From Porphyridium purpureum (Eukaryota): DNA of 64,000 bases. Where the stretch lies: contig VRMN01000001.1 in NCBI GenBank assembly GCA_008690995.1, positions 372,001-436,000 on the forward strand, read 5' to 3'. Positions 32,621 through 43,686 of the stretch are shown piece after piece. The translations under genes and the position numbers were made by a program. A model generated the notes under the pieces. That model was not told the DNA's origin. It made no database searches and saw nothing but the letters and a program-made list of their open reading frames with translations. Each line of letters opens with the position of its first letter. Position 1 is the first letter of the stretch.

Positions 32621-33574
32621 CTACGTGTTCTCCGCAACTTGCCAGATGTCAGCGAGAAATCCAGCGAGCTGCTTTGCCACCTCGCGGTCGGCTTGGAATT
32701 GCAGCATCTCGTACTCTAAATCCCAGATTGGACTTTGCTGGAATTCGCCCGGACGACTGGACGCTTCATTCGCGGCGGTATCGAGTTCCATTATCAACTG
32801 GGAGCAAGGATTTTCTTGCGGGTCGTCATCTTGGGGTGTCGACACCGCATGGACGTTGAAAGAGTGAGCTAGGCACGCGGCGGTTGCGCGCAACAAAAGT
32901 CTGGTCTCGGAGGGACGCAGCCTAAGCGTGGCCATGTCAATGAGCAGCTGATCACACGGCTGGCCATTCCTTGTGAAAAGCGGATCGCGCAGGCCAGGTA
33001 TATATTTCTGCACAACAATCCACGGCTTTGCGCGCGCATCACACCATTGTCGGAAAGTGTTGAGTGCCGGTGCTCCTTTGCGTTCTTTGCGATACCCGGT
33101 ACCTTTGACCGCGAGAAACCCTTTCTTCTTGGTGGCAAGGTCGTACAGCTTGCGCTCCTCCTCATTCAGCCGGTGGGGAACTGCGCGCGACCCGACTCCG
33201 CGCGTTCCCGCAGCCTTGCCCCGAGAGATCTTGTCCACATCTGACAAGGCCGGTCGCCAAACCAGTTTTTCTTGTGCGCGAAAGTGCAGCAGCGTGCTTA
33301 CTCGCTGCACGACCTGCGTATATTCGGACTGGGCGGTGGAATCCTTTTGGGACCCCTGCTCTGTTACCATCGAAGACTCCATGCGGAACGGCGCACTCTT
33401 AGCTAGTCGACCATTATCATCTCTGATCCTCGGCAAGCACAGAGCGCCTATCACCCATAACGATGGAGGCGTGGAACGACGTCCGAGTGCCCCACAAATG
33501 GCCCTAGCTGGCGCTGCAAGAGCGGCGCCCGACCTGTGTCGGACTACGACAGGACTTGTAAACGAAAGTGCCAT
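32621..33574 (-). CDS. Plastid-targeted protein of unknown function
   Basis: MALSF transit peptide; compact basic core GSRAVPHRLNEEER..GTGYRKERKG..NTFRQWCDA. Confidence 0.7.
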   Translation of the reverse strand: MALSFTSPVVVRHRSGAALAAPARAICGALGRRSTPPSLWVIGALCLPRIRDDNGRLAKSAPFRMESSMVTEQGSQKDSTAQSEYTQVVQRVSTLLHFRAQEKLVWRPALSDVDKISRGKAAGTRGVGSRAVPHRLNEEERKLYDLATKKKGFLAVKGTGYRKERKGAPALNTFRQWCDARAKPWIVVQKYIPGLRDPLFTRNGQPCDQLLIDMATLRLRPSETRLLLRATAACLAHSFNVHAVSTPQDDDPQENPCSQLIMELDTAANEASSRPGEFQQSPIWDLEYEMLQFQADREVAKQLAGFLADIWQVAENT

Positions 33575-33893
33575 GCGTCAAGGATCAGGGCCGCACTCTG
33601 CTTATCCGCGAGCACATGAATCAACGAGCACAACTGACTGCTCAATGTACGAACGCTCGAACGCAGCCACTCATGGATGCGCGGAAAATTTCAGCCGCGA
33701 GTTCCAACCTCGTCAATACTGTCTTTCGTGCGCACGATGTCTCTGCTTCCACAGGGCGCACGCGTCCGCGCGTCGTTATGTCGAACTTATCAAAGTAACG
33801 CATGTTTAAAAGAATCGATTTTGATCTCGGCGGTGTCGCCATGCAGGTGTGGAAGGACACGAGACCGCATGAGTCATGCTGGATGGATGAGGG

Positions 33894-35294
33894 ATGATGT
33901 TCGAGATAAATGGATTCGGAGTGATGGGCGGGGTGGAGGAGTATGACCGGCAGCGCGCGCGGCACTTGGACGCGGATGACCCGTTTGCGGTGTTCCGGAA
34001 CCAGTTTCGGATCCCGACGGCAGAGGACGATCCAGAAGCGCCGTGCGTGTATTTGTGCGGCAACTCGCTGGGCTTGTTAAGCGACAGCGCACAGGACCGG
34101 GTGCACCGGCACCTGGAAAAGTGGGCGCGGCGAGGCGTCGGTGGGCACTTTGGCGGCACCGACGCATGGGTGGACATTGAGAATGGAACGTCCCAGTCGC
34201 AGGCCAGCATGGATCTCGTGGGCGCGCGTTTCAGCCACGAGGTCGTCTACATGAACTCGCTGACTGTCAATTTGCACCTTCTCATGACCGCGTTTTATCG
34301 CCCGCGCGGCACCAGGACCAAAATTCTCATCGAAGACAAGGCGTTTCCCAGCGACTGCCACGCCGTGTTCACGCATCTCGCCTCGCGAGGATTTACTGAT
34401 CCGGCCGCGCACACCATTGTGGTGAAGCCGCGCCCAGAAGAGTACGTGCTGAGGAAAGAGGACATCATCGAAGCCATTGTGGCGAATCGCGACGAGCTCG
34501 CGCTCGTCATGCTGCCGGGAGTGCAGTACTACACGGGCCAGGTGCTCCCGATGCAGGACATTGCGGCTGTGTGCAATGAGCTGCGCATCCCATTCGGTCT
34601 GGACTTGGCGCACGCAGTAGGTAACGTGGTGTTGTGCCTGCACGAGTGGGGTGTTGATTTTGGCGTGTGGTGCTCGTACAAGTATCTCAATGGTGGGCCC
34701 GGTGGCGTGGCGGGCGCGTTCATGCACGACAAGCATGCAAACAAGGACGTTTTCGAGCTCCCACGGCTAGGTGGTTGGTGGGGACATGACCCAGAGACCC
34801 GCTTCGAAATGGGCCCCGAGTTTGTACCACGCAAGGGCATTCTCGGCTTCCAGTTGTCGAATCCGCCCGTGCTTGCGCTGGCGCCGCTGCTCGCGTCCCT
34901 GGACGTGTTTGAGGCCGCCGGCGGGGTGTACGCGCTTCGCCAAAAATCGGTGCAGCAGACCGAATTTTTGATCGAGCTTCTGAACAAGTACTTGGCGGGA
35001 GGCGACGGTGCAGGCCACGGCGACGCTGCGCGCGGGTCTCTGTTCCGTATCATCACGCCACTGGACGACGAGGAGGCGCGCGGGTGCCAGATTTCGATTT
35101 TGCTGACGCAGGGCCGTGCGAAGGACATCCACGCGTTGCTGGCGCGCAACGGCGTGGTGTGCGACACGCGCGAGCCCGACGTGCTGCGCGTGGCGCCGGT
35201 GCCGCTGTACAATTCGTTCAGCGACGTGCTCACGTTTGTCGACATGCTCGCGCACGCGTGCCGCGTCGTCTACTCCAAACATGCCCATCACTAA
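33894..35294 (+). CDS. KYNU: Kynureninase
   Basis: YLCGNSLGL, MNSLTVNLHLLM, AFPSD, DLAHAVGN, WCSYKYLNGGPG, GWWGH, RVAPVPLYNSF. Confidence 0.96.
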   Translation: MMFEINGFGVMGGVEEYDRQRARHLDADDPFAVFRNQFRIPTAEDDPEAPCVYLCGNSLGLLSDSAQDRVHRHLEKWARRGVGGHFGGTDAWVDIENGTSQSQASMDLVGARFSHEVVYMNSLTVNLHLLMTAFYRPRGTRTKILIEDKAFPSDCHAVFTHLASRGFTDPAAHTIVVKPRPEEYVLRKEDIIEAIVANRDELALVMLPGVQYYTGQVLPMQDIAAVCNELRIPFGLDLAHAVGNVVLCLHEWGVDFGVWCSYKYLNGGPGGVAGAFMHDKHANKDVFELPRLGGWWGHDPETRFEMGPEFVPRKGILGFQLSNPPVLALAPLLASLDVFEAAGGVYALRQKSVQQTEFLIELLNKYLAGGDGAGHGDAARGSLFRIITPLDDEEARGCQISILLTQGRAKDIHALLARNGVVCDTREPDVLRVAPVPLYNSFSDVLTFVDMLAHACRVVYSKHAHH

Positions 35295-35413
35295 CCCTCT
35301 CCCTTCCCCTTCCAACCGCACCACCGCACCTCCGCTGTCCACACCATCTCACGGACCCCCATGCCCTTCCGTGCTCCTTCCCGCGCGGCAGCGCCAACCA
35401 ACCAGCCAAGTCC

Positions 35414-35440
35414 CCATCCATCCATCCATCCATCCATCCA
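35414..35440. repeat. (CCAT)n microsatellite
   Basis: ccatccatccatccatccatccatcca. Confidence 0.85.
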
Positions 35441-36654
35441 TAGTACAGTGCACCTTCCATTACACCGCACGACACTGTACACCCTTGTTCCTGAAAGCAG
35501 TTCCGCTGCCGCGAATCAAATGAACCGTTTAAACCACTAACCGCTCGGTCCCGTATAATCATCCCAAACACGACAGAACGCAAGCGTCCTAACTTCCTAC
35601 CTTGCAATGATCATGCGCGCTCCCCACTGACCGATTGCTTATCGGTTCTGTACGGTTCGGTTCATCTGGCCGTCATTCCACCAACCGTTTACGTCGACCC
35701 GCCGATTTTGTCCAAAGTTGAATCGCGATTCACTGTACACCCCCTTTTTGGGTCCTTTTCGCTTATTGCTTTTGGCCGGCTTTTTATTTTTTTAATAAAC
35801 GGCGAATGAATCCGCACGTGAGGGTGTGTGTGTGTCCCTTTATTCCTCAAAAGTGGATGCAATGGATCGAGCGCTTGACACCGCGAAAAATGAAAGGAAC
35901 GGCCCGATTTTGTGATCGCGGCGCGCATGCGCCTGTGGGAATTCGTATGGGTTCCGACAAAGTGGGGGCGGTGACTAGGAGGGGCCGGGCGGGTTGGAGG
36001 GCGCGCGCACGGCAGAATCGCCGCGCAAAGCCGGCAAGCAAGGTGGCGTTGCGCTGGAGTCGTGTGCGAGCGATGCGCTGCTCACGGAAACGCTCACAAA
36101 CGCACAGCCACACTTGGCGAGACGAGGCGCACACATAAGCACGGCGCTCGTGGCGTGGCCAGGCGATAAGTGACAGCGATAGTGGGAGACAGAGACACAA
36201 ATAGTGAGATAGAGAGACAGGCGTTGTGTGCGAGGAACAGAAGAACAGAAGGACACACGGGCCAGACACGAACAAGGCACAGGTCCGCGGGTTGGTAGTT
36301 TGCGTCTTGCGCCTGGCCACGCCGGAAAAGACCAAGGCGTTAAAGTCAGTCGGCGCGCAGAAGGCAGGTCGGCGCGTTTCTCATCAGGCGGGCGCGCGCG
36401 TCTTGGTACGGACGGTGGCGGAAATCCGCTCGCGCAAGCGCGGTTATTTCCGTGGGTTTGCAGGTGTTTGCAGACCTGGACGAGGCGAGGCGAAGGGCCG
36501 AGGGCACAGCGAGGGGTTCCGGCACGTGCGCTGAGAGAGCGTGTGGCGGGAAAGCGGGGCGCGTGGAGCGGTGGGGCGGCGGTGACAACGAGGAGGCTGG
36601 CGGGGTGGCAACGTAGGCGTTGGGAAAGAGATTGGAGATCCGGGCGGTGCGTGG

Positions 36655-38709
36655 ATGTATCCCTCGTCGTGGGTGACGGGCGAGGAGGCCCGGTCGCGGC
36701 AGCAGGGAGGGCACGTGCTTGCGTCGCGGGGCGGGCTTGGGCAGGCAAGTCAATCGGTGAATGTGCTTCAATCTCAGTTTCAGCACCATCACCAACATCA
36801 ACAGGAGCTCCCATCACCGTCGTCACAAGCAGACGTTGCGCATGCGCCAAGTGATCGGCAGCGACCAAGTCATACAGGCGTGGTTCAAAAGCATTCGCCT
36901 CTGGTGCGGAGTAGCACTATCCCTGGTCCTGCCGGGCACGTACAGGCACAAGCTCAGAACCCGGCCATAATGACTGCGCAATTTCCATACCTCACGCGTT
37001 TACAAGAAACGAGTGTTGGTTACGGTCAAAGTCACACGGGTGACATCGGCGCTGGCGCCTCGAACCACTCATTGAACGAGTCCTTGTTGGGATATTCGCG
37101 CCCGTTCTCGGAACAGCCGAGCTCGTCCAACCCAAGCAGTGCGGTTTTCTCATCAATAGGCTCGACACCCCCGAACAGCGCCGGCAGGATGCCCGCGGCG
37201 TCCATGGGTCAAATTTCAGGTTCAGGCTACAACGACACACCGCGCAGAAGCCTCTTTCCTACAGATGGCCATCAGATGGCGGGAGGGTCATTGCCGCTTG
37301 CGTCATCATCAAGCATACAACCGCCGCCATCAACAACTCATCAATATGTTCCATACCAACCAAGCCAGGCAGTGCCATATGTGTCCACTGCATCAGCGTC
37401 TGCCAACGGGCCGGGCTTGTTAAGAACCTTGCGGCCGTCTGCAGTGCACTCTCTGGCCCTGGGAGGCAGCAACATCCCAGAACATGACATTCGATTGACG
37501 CGCTCGGCCGACAATTCGCCCTTTTACTTTGAAAGCGCCGCGTACACCCCGTCAACCGAGGGGCTGCTGTCGCCGCTTCCGCTCTACACAAATGACTATG
37601 CGTATGCTTCATCTCAAGGCACCCCGCTGCTACCGTCTGTGGCCGAGCTGCGCATCTCATCTGAGTCGCCTGGGTCTCACCCGCAGAGTAGTATCGGAGG
37701 TATGTACAGCGCTGGACATGCGGTCGCACAAGACGGCTTATTTCGTTCTCGCAACTCGTTCATCCCACTTCGCCATGCACATGGCTTGGGCAGCGGCTTG
37801 CGCGGCGGCATTCAAAAGGATACGGTGGCGGAGCCTCGCTCGCCGTCAAACTCGCGGAGCTCTCCGCATAGTGCTCGCGTTCTGCAGTCGACGCAAGTGA
37901 CGCGTAATTCCCCGCTCCTCAACATCCCGCGCACCGCAACGGCGGTTATGCAGAGCTCTACAGTGGCAAGTGGTGTTCAAGAATCGTCACCTTTCTACTA
38001 CCAGCAGGGTTACCTGAACCAGTCGCTTCACTCTACACACCAGCAGCAGCCGCAGCACCATCAGCAACTGTACGTGACGGAGCAACAGCTACTGCATCAG
38101 CAGCAGTATCAACAGACCCAGTATCTTCAGTCATTTCATGCAACAGAGCAGCAACTACCGCAACAACCGCAAGCAGCCTTGCAGTCTGGGACCGGAATGG
38201 ATCAGAGTGCGAGCAAGGTGAACAGAAATAGCTTTGGTGGGTTAGGAGGTAGTGCAAAGTCCGATATTGATCATGATCACTCGAGCCAACGGAATCACAC
38301 GGAAAGCCCGACGGCAATGGATAAGCCCCGCCGCCGCTGTGCAAGTGGAGGCGGAAGCAAATTTTGTCATGTATGCCGGCATCTCGGTCGGAGCTCCTTT
38401 GTGGTGTGTAGTAACATTGCGCATGGTACCTGTCGCAAGGTGATCTGTGAACGCTGCTTCATTAAGCACGGCTGGCCGTGGGAAGAAGCGCGCGATAACG
38501 CCGCCACATTCGTGTGCTGCCACTGTCGGAATGAGTGTCCACCGCGCGCCAGCTGTCACACGTATAAGGAAGTCAATCGGCGCCGTGTCAAGGACCAGAG
38601 CCGGAAAGTCTTACCTGTCTCCCTCAACAACAACGCCACCGAGCCTGAGAGTCAAGCGCTCAGTGACGACGAGCGAGCGCGTCATATGCAGACTGGTGCA
38701 CCTGTATAA
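36655..38709 (+). CDS. Low-complexity S/Q-rich protein with C-terminal multi-CxxC zinc finger (zf-4CXXC_R1-like), probable transcription/chromatin regulator
   Basis: KFCHVCR..CSN..CRKVICERCF..CCHCRNECPPRASCHTY. Confidence 0.75.
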   Translation: MYPSSWVTGEEARSRQQGGHVLASRGGLGQASQSVNVLQSQFQHHHQHQQELPSPSSQADVAHAPSDRQRPSHTGVVQKHSPLVRSSTIPGPAGHVQAQAQNPAIMTAQFPYLTRLQETSVGYGQSHTGDIGAGASNHSLNESLLGYSRPFSEQPSSSNPSSAVFSSIGSTPPNSAGRMPAASMGQISGSGYNDTPRRSLFPTDGHQMAGGSLPLASSSSIQPPPSTTHQYVPYQPSQAVPYVSTASASANGPGLLRTLRPSAVHSLALGGSNIPEHDIRLTRSADNSPFYFESAAYTPSTEGLLSPLPLYTNDYAYASSQGTPLLPSVAELRISSESPGSHPQSSIGGMYSAGHAVAQDGLFRSRNSFIPLRHAHGLGSGLRGGIQKDTVAEPRSPSNSRSSPHSARVLQSTQVTRNSPLLNIPRTATAVMQSSTVASGVQESSPFYYQQGYLNQSLHSTHQQQPQHHQQLYVTEQQLLHQQQYQQTQYLQSFHATEQQLPQQPQAALQSGTGMDQSASKVNRNSFGGLGGSAKSDIDHDHSSQRNHTESPTAMDKPRRRCASGGGSKFCHVCRHLGRSSFVVCSNIAHGTCRKVICERCFIKHGWPWEEARDNAATFVCCHCRNECPPRASCHTYKEVNRRRVKDQSRKVLPVSLNNNATEPESQALSDDERARHMQTGAPV

Positions 38710-38759
38710 ATGTAATGCGGATTGCCGCTATGGCATCCATCTGCTCACCACTTCTTCGC

Positions 38760-39629
38760 TTATTTCTCGGCATGCTTGTATAAAACACAACGGTACACGG
38801 GCTCGTTGCGACTCAGGCAGGCACGCTCTCGTTCGGTCTGGATTCCCATGGGCGGGTTTGGCAGCCACTCCGTAGACTGGAGCTCAAATTCAGGCCGCGC
38901 GGCGAAGATGTCGCGCATTTCCGTCGCCACTTCAAGCACATCGGACTGCAGAACAACGCGCCCGCCGGTGCGCAAGTGATGCGCGATCGAGCTGGCGAAC
39001 GCAGCGTTCACCGTGCGGCGCTTGTGATGACGCTTTTTGAATTGCGGATCTGGGTGCAGCACTGAGACTGTTTCTAGCGACTGCCGTGCGAATGGCAATG
39101 CGGCAAGGACTGTGTCCATGTGCACCAGCGCGTTGGCAAACAAGAAATGCACGTTTGTCAGACCCAGCGCCGCTGCCCATTCGTTGGCCTGACCCACGAG
39201 TGGCTCTCTGATCTCGAGGCCCAGAAAATTAATGTGCGGGTAGCGCTGCGCCATTTCCAAGCAGAATCGGCCCTTGGCGCAACCCACATCCACATGGAAC
39301 GGTAGGTCGGGCCGTGCGTAGAATGGCGCCACGGAATCGGCTTCATGCTCGACACCAAGACGCAGAGCGTCCATGTACTTTGGTCTAAATGGATTCACAT
39401 GTTCGCGCACGCGCACTTGCCCCTTGCCATGCATGAGCGCATCCAGCTCTGAGCTGGGCGTAAAAAAAGTCGCTGCGTGCGCGCTTCGTTTGTCGCTTAC
39501 CGGCGCGTTCTCGCCATTTCCTCGGTTTCCATCCGCAGCCGTCATCAAAATTCTTCTCCTGGTACATCGGAGCGGGACGCGCGCCCTTGCAGCGGGCGCA
39601 GAAATACCATGTGCCGACGGTACAAACAT
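38760..39629 (-). CDS. trmB: tRNA (guanine-N7)-methyltransferase TrmB, organellar
   Basis: RVREHVNP, VDVGCAKG, LGLEIREP, PDPQFKKRHHKRR, LQSDV, TERE. Confidence 0.92.
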   Translation of the reverse strand: MFVPSAHGISAPAARARVPLRCTRRRILMTAADGNRGNGENAPVSDKRSAHAATFFTPSSELDALMHGKGQVRVREHVNPFRPKYMDALRLGVEHEADSVAPFYARPDLPFHVDVGCAKGRFCLEMAQRYPHINFLGLEIREPLVGQANEWAAALGLTNVHFLFANALVHMDTVLAALPFARQSLETVSVLHPDPQFKKRHHKRRTVNAAFASSIAHHLRTGGRVVLQSDVLEVATEMRDIFAARPEFELQSTEWLPNPPMGIQTERERACLSRNEPVYRCVLYKHAEK

Positions 39630-39930
39630 CTCAACCAAGAAACCCCCCACACACAGACGCAAACAAACACACACCTACCACCGGCACCCCGCGCCACGCC
39701 CGGCGCCACGCCCTCTGGTCCCATTCGGTTCCATCGGCAATAACCAAATTAGCCGATAAACGGATAAACCGGAACGAGCAACCGATAATCCGTTGAGAGG
39801 GCGCTAGACTGGCGAGAGCGGAAGCAGCAGGCAAGTGGGGAAAGGGTGTGAGGGAACACAACAGAGACAGGACACGATGTGTTGGGTTGTGGGACGATGC
39901 GCGCGAGCGTGGGCGCCGCGGTATGGCGTC

Positions 39931-41403
39931 ATGGCGCTGCGGCGTGAGAGCGGTCGGATGAGGGAGGCGCAGGCGATGGTGGCTGGAAGATTCGCGTGTG
40001 TGCGTGATGAGCACGTGAGCAACGGTGCGCGTCGGTTTCTGAGCTCGTATCCAGATCATACGCTTGTGCCGATGCCCGCGTTGTCGCCCACGATGCAGGC
40101 CGGCACGATCGCGGCGTGGATGAAGAAGGAAGGCGACGAGGTGAGCTCGGGTGACGTCCTGGCGCAGATCGAGACAGATAAGGCCACGGTAGATTTTGAG
40201 GCTCAGGATGAGGGCTTCTTAGCCAAAGTGCTCGTGGCCGCAGGCATACCGGATATTCCCGTTGGAAAAACAGTTGCTATCATGGTAGATGACCAAAGTA
40301 GTGTAGCGGCGTTCGCTGAATATCAGGATGCAACGGCCGAAGGGAACTCTGTCACCTCATCAACCGGAAGTGCGGCTCCGCTCGAGTCGGATGCTTCCGG
40401 CGCTGCCAAGTCATCCGATGGACATGGCATGGCTCGCGCCGGGCCATACAAAGGACCGATTGGACCCGCTGTAGCGTACCAGCTGGCATTGCACCCCGAA
40501 ATCGACATTGATCTCATCATCCCGTCAGGGCCACAAGGAAGAATACTCAAGGGTGACGTGCTCTTAGCCGTCGAAAATGGCACGGCCGTCAAAGGAAAAA
40601 GTGAGCCGGCGCCGCCAGCGCCGCAAACAACGTCCGAAGAACCTAACGCTTCGAAAAAGACGGGTGCCGCGACGACGAGTAAGACCGCTGCCCCGGCCCC
40701 AGAACGGAAGAAGCAGCCAGCGCAGTCCAGTGATGGGCCTTCTTTTATTGAGCGCGCTGTCTCTGAAGCCAAAAGTATGAGCGCCGAGCTGCTGCTAGCG
40801 TCCAAAACGACAATACCACATACGTTTCTGTCGAGTGACTACAGCCTCGACCGCCTGGAAAGTATGCTTCGTGAAATGAATAAGAATGGCGCAGATGTGT
40901 CGGTGAGGGATTTTGTGGTCAAAGCGGCGGCCATGGCGCTGCGAAGGGTGCCTGGTGTGCTAGCGGCTGGTCTTGCATCGAATGTGGATGTCGATATAGC
41001 CATTTTGTCGAAGGAGAATGCGCTCGGCTTTGCGGCACTGCACGACGCAGATCACAAGGGCGTTGCGGAGATCGGCGCGAAGCTAAAAGAGTTGTTCGCG
41101 TTAGAGGCTGGCCACTCAGTGTCACCCAGCTCTTCTTTTGCTGTGAACACACTAGCCATGCAGGAAACGACGGCATCTGGGCCGATTCTACTATCCCCGC
41201 AAAGGGCGGTTCTGACAGTCGGCACGGGCTGTATGCGAATGGTCGCATCCTCAGGAGGCGGTCCTGAAAGCATGTTCCGAGCGGAGCGCTTCGGTGTCGC
41301 ATCGCTGTGTGTCGACGCTCGCCACATATCAAATGCAAAGGCTGCCGCATTCCTTGCGACGTTCTGTAAGTTCATGTCAAACCCGGTGTCAATGTTGCTC
41401 TAA
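39931..41403 (+). CDS. Pyruvate dehydrogenase E2-like protein with degenerate catalytic domain (E3-binding protein/protein X-like), mitochondrial
   Basis: MPALSPTM..IETDKA lipoyl domain; SGPQGRILKGDV E3-binding domain; DHRxxDG replaced by DARHISN; start uncertain. Confidence 0.8.
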   Translation: MALRRESGRMREAQAMVAGRFACVRDEHVSNGARRFLSSYPDHTLVPMPALSPTMQAGTIAAWMKKEGDEVSSGDVLAQIETDKATVDFEAQDEGFLAKVLVAAGIPDIPVGKTVAIMVDDQSSVAAFAEYQDATAEGNSVTSSTGSAAPLESDASGAAKSSDGHGMARAGPYKGPIGPAVAYQLALHPEIDIDLIIPSGPQGRILKGDVLLAVENGTAVKGKSEPAPPAPQTTSEEPNASKKTGAATTSKTAAPAPERKKQPAQSSDGPSFIERAVSEAKSMSAELLLASKTTIPHTFLSSDYSLDRLESMLREMNKNGADVSVRDFVVKAAAMALRRVPGVLAAGLASNVDVDIAILSKENALGFAALHDADHKGVAEIGAKLKELFALEAGHSVSPSSSFAVNTLAMQETTASGPILLSPQRAVLTVGTGCMRMVASSGGGPESMFRAERFGVASLCVDARHISNAKAAAFLATFCKFMSNPVSMLL

Positions 41404-42441
41404 CTTTTGGACTCGAAAGCCATCAAGCCATACTCGAGCTGGCGAAAGCAGCGCGCGAGGTCGTGCGGAATCGTGCGGGCGGAGCCAAGTACAAATTTCG
41501 CGCGCGGCTATCCTGGCCTCGGGGTTTCACTGCTTTCCGCACCGGATTGCTTCGAAGCGGCGGTGTGCACGGCGTTCGTGGAAACAATCAAAGAGGAAGC
41601 GAACCATTCACCCTTTCCGCGCGGGCACGGCAGCCCTCGCTTTCCTTTCTAGGCGGGTTGTGATCTTGACACATGGTTTGTGTGGCAGTTCTGCCGAACT
41701 GAAGCTGGCCGTGCTAGTGCTCACATGACGGGCCCTAGGTAACGAAAGGATGGCGACAAGCTCTTCTAGCGATGTCCGCGGTGGTGATGAAACGTGCGCC
41801 TCTGGGCCTGCATTTTTGGCCGGGGATTGCAAAGGGGCATGGGTCGGGCCCGGTTGGATTGCAGCCCCCGCAGGTGCGACGTTCTCGATAGCGTCGTGAG
41901 CCGAACGCGCCTGCTCATGCACACTTTGTGCAGTTAGCGGTTGACAGATAGTCTGCCCATAAAAAGATACTGTAAGATTCACGATTAGCTCCCCGGACAC
42001 CTTGGCAGTTTATACTCGCGTGCCTTGTGCGAGTGGCGCGCCTTCGGTGCCTTTGCAATCTGCGTCACCGCGCACGCAAAATCAAAGTGCGCTGCGCGTC
42101 TCGGCGCGCATGCTCCGAGGAGGAACTCGCCGCACGTGCTGCGGACCAACAGCCTGCGGGCGTCGCTGGCCCCGCCGCGCACGCGTTCACACCACACGTA
42201 TTTCGCCATTCCTGCGTCATTCCTGCCAGCCTGCGTATCGAGCCGTCTGCCACCCGCGCGCCGCCCACGTACCCGCCGGTTCGCGCGCGCGAATCTTTTC
42301 TTTGAAATTCAAGTCCGCAACCGCGCCATTACGATGACGCACCGTACGACGCCGCACACGCCACGCAGACGCACACGCAGACGCGGACACCCACGCAGCT
42401 CCAGCCGTGACTGCCGCCGCAGCAGCGCGCACACGCGTCCA

Positions 42442-42477
42442 CCACGTTCGCCACGTTCGCCACGTTCGCCACGTTCA
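42442..42477. repeat. 9-bp tandem repeat
   Basis: (ccacgttcg) x3 + ccacgttca. Confidence 0.9.
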
Positions 42478-43686
42478 CCACCTCTCCACAAAGAACCGCG
42501 CAGCGCGTGCAAGTGTCTCCCACCCACCCACTCACCCTTCCAGCACCACCACGCCGATTTTTGATTTCGCCCGTCTATTTTTCCTGATTCCTTTTGCCAT
42601 TTCTACCACGCACGCAACCTATAAATAGCCTTGCGTACGTCTCTGTGGTGTGTGTTGTGTAACCGCTTCCGCATCACCTATGAGTACAGTGTTTCTATAT
42701 GTGTGTGTGTTGCTTGTAGCTCGTTGCCTCTTGCTCGTTCTTATCAAAACGCGTCTGAAAAATAACCCACCAGACCCACCAACCGTCAACCACCGCCAGC
42801 GCTCATGACAAAGCCGTCATTGGCATCGCCAATTTTTCGTGTTTATTTTTATTTGGTAAAGTGCGGTGCGATGTGATTTTGTGACGGTGTGACGGAATGA
42901 TTCTGAGTCTGAATTCGAGCCGATGGCGGCGGCGTGTCCAATTAAATTCGGGGTGTTTTCGTTGTCCTTTGTTGGTTTTTGTTGGATTGTTGTGCGTGTA
43001 CTTTGGGGCAGGTTGGGTGCGTTTAGTATATCGGGAAATGACCTCGAAATCATCTGATGATGGTGATGGGTGATGATGCGGATGTGTGTGAGAAAGAATG
43101 CGATGTAGCATAGAGAGTGGTGAATGGCGCTGCTGATGATGAAGCGGATGGAGGGAGAGGCAGAGAGAATGGGAGAGTGTGTGTGTGTATGTGGCAGGTA
43201 TGACATTGACATTGACATGCGCGTGTGTACGTGTGTACGTGTAGAGAGCGAGGGAGAGAGAGAGGGACGGATGAAATTCAAACGGGGCAGGAAATCTTGC
43301 AGGAAATCAAACACCTGCAAACACAGCAGATGCAGCAGCCGCCAGCAGCCAGACGCAGCCAGCCACGAGCTACCGAGCAAGCAACCAGCGCAAAGGAGCA
43401 ACTGGAGACAGAACACGAAATCAGCCGCATCGGCACAGACGACAAGGACCGCTTCTGACAAGTTGTGTTGTCACGACGAGGCGACGCGGGTATAAATGCG
43501 TGCGGCCGAGCGTGGCGAGCGTCAGGCATGGTGTGTCGACGTGCATTGTGTGACACGGGTACGAGAGAGCGTGAGTGAGATAAGAGCTGGGGGTTGGCGC
43601 GAGACTCGTGACAGATAACTAACAGTCGCGGTGCGCTAACTGGGTGTGACGAGTGGTGGGGCTGGGCAACAGCGGAAACAGAGGCG

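Noticed and set aside
35975..36868. Overlapping 150-300 aa ORFs upstream of the zinc-finger gene
   Set aside because: Arg/Gly/Ala-rich without motifs; probably long 5' leader or promoter
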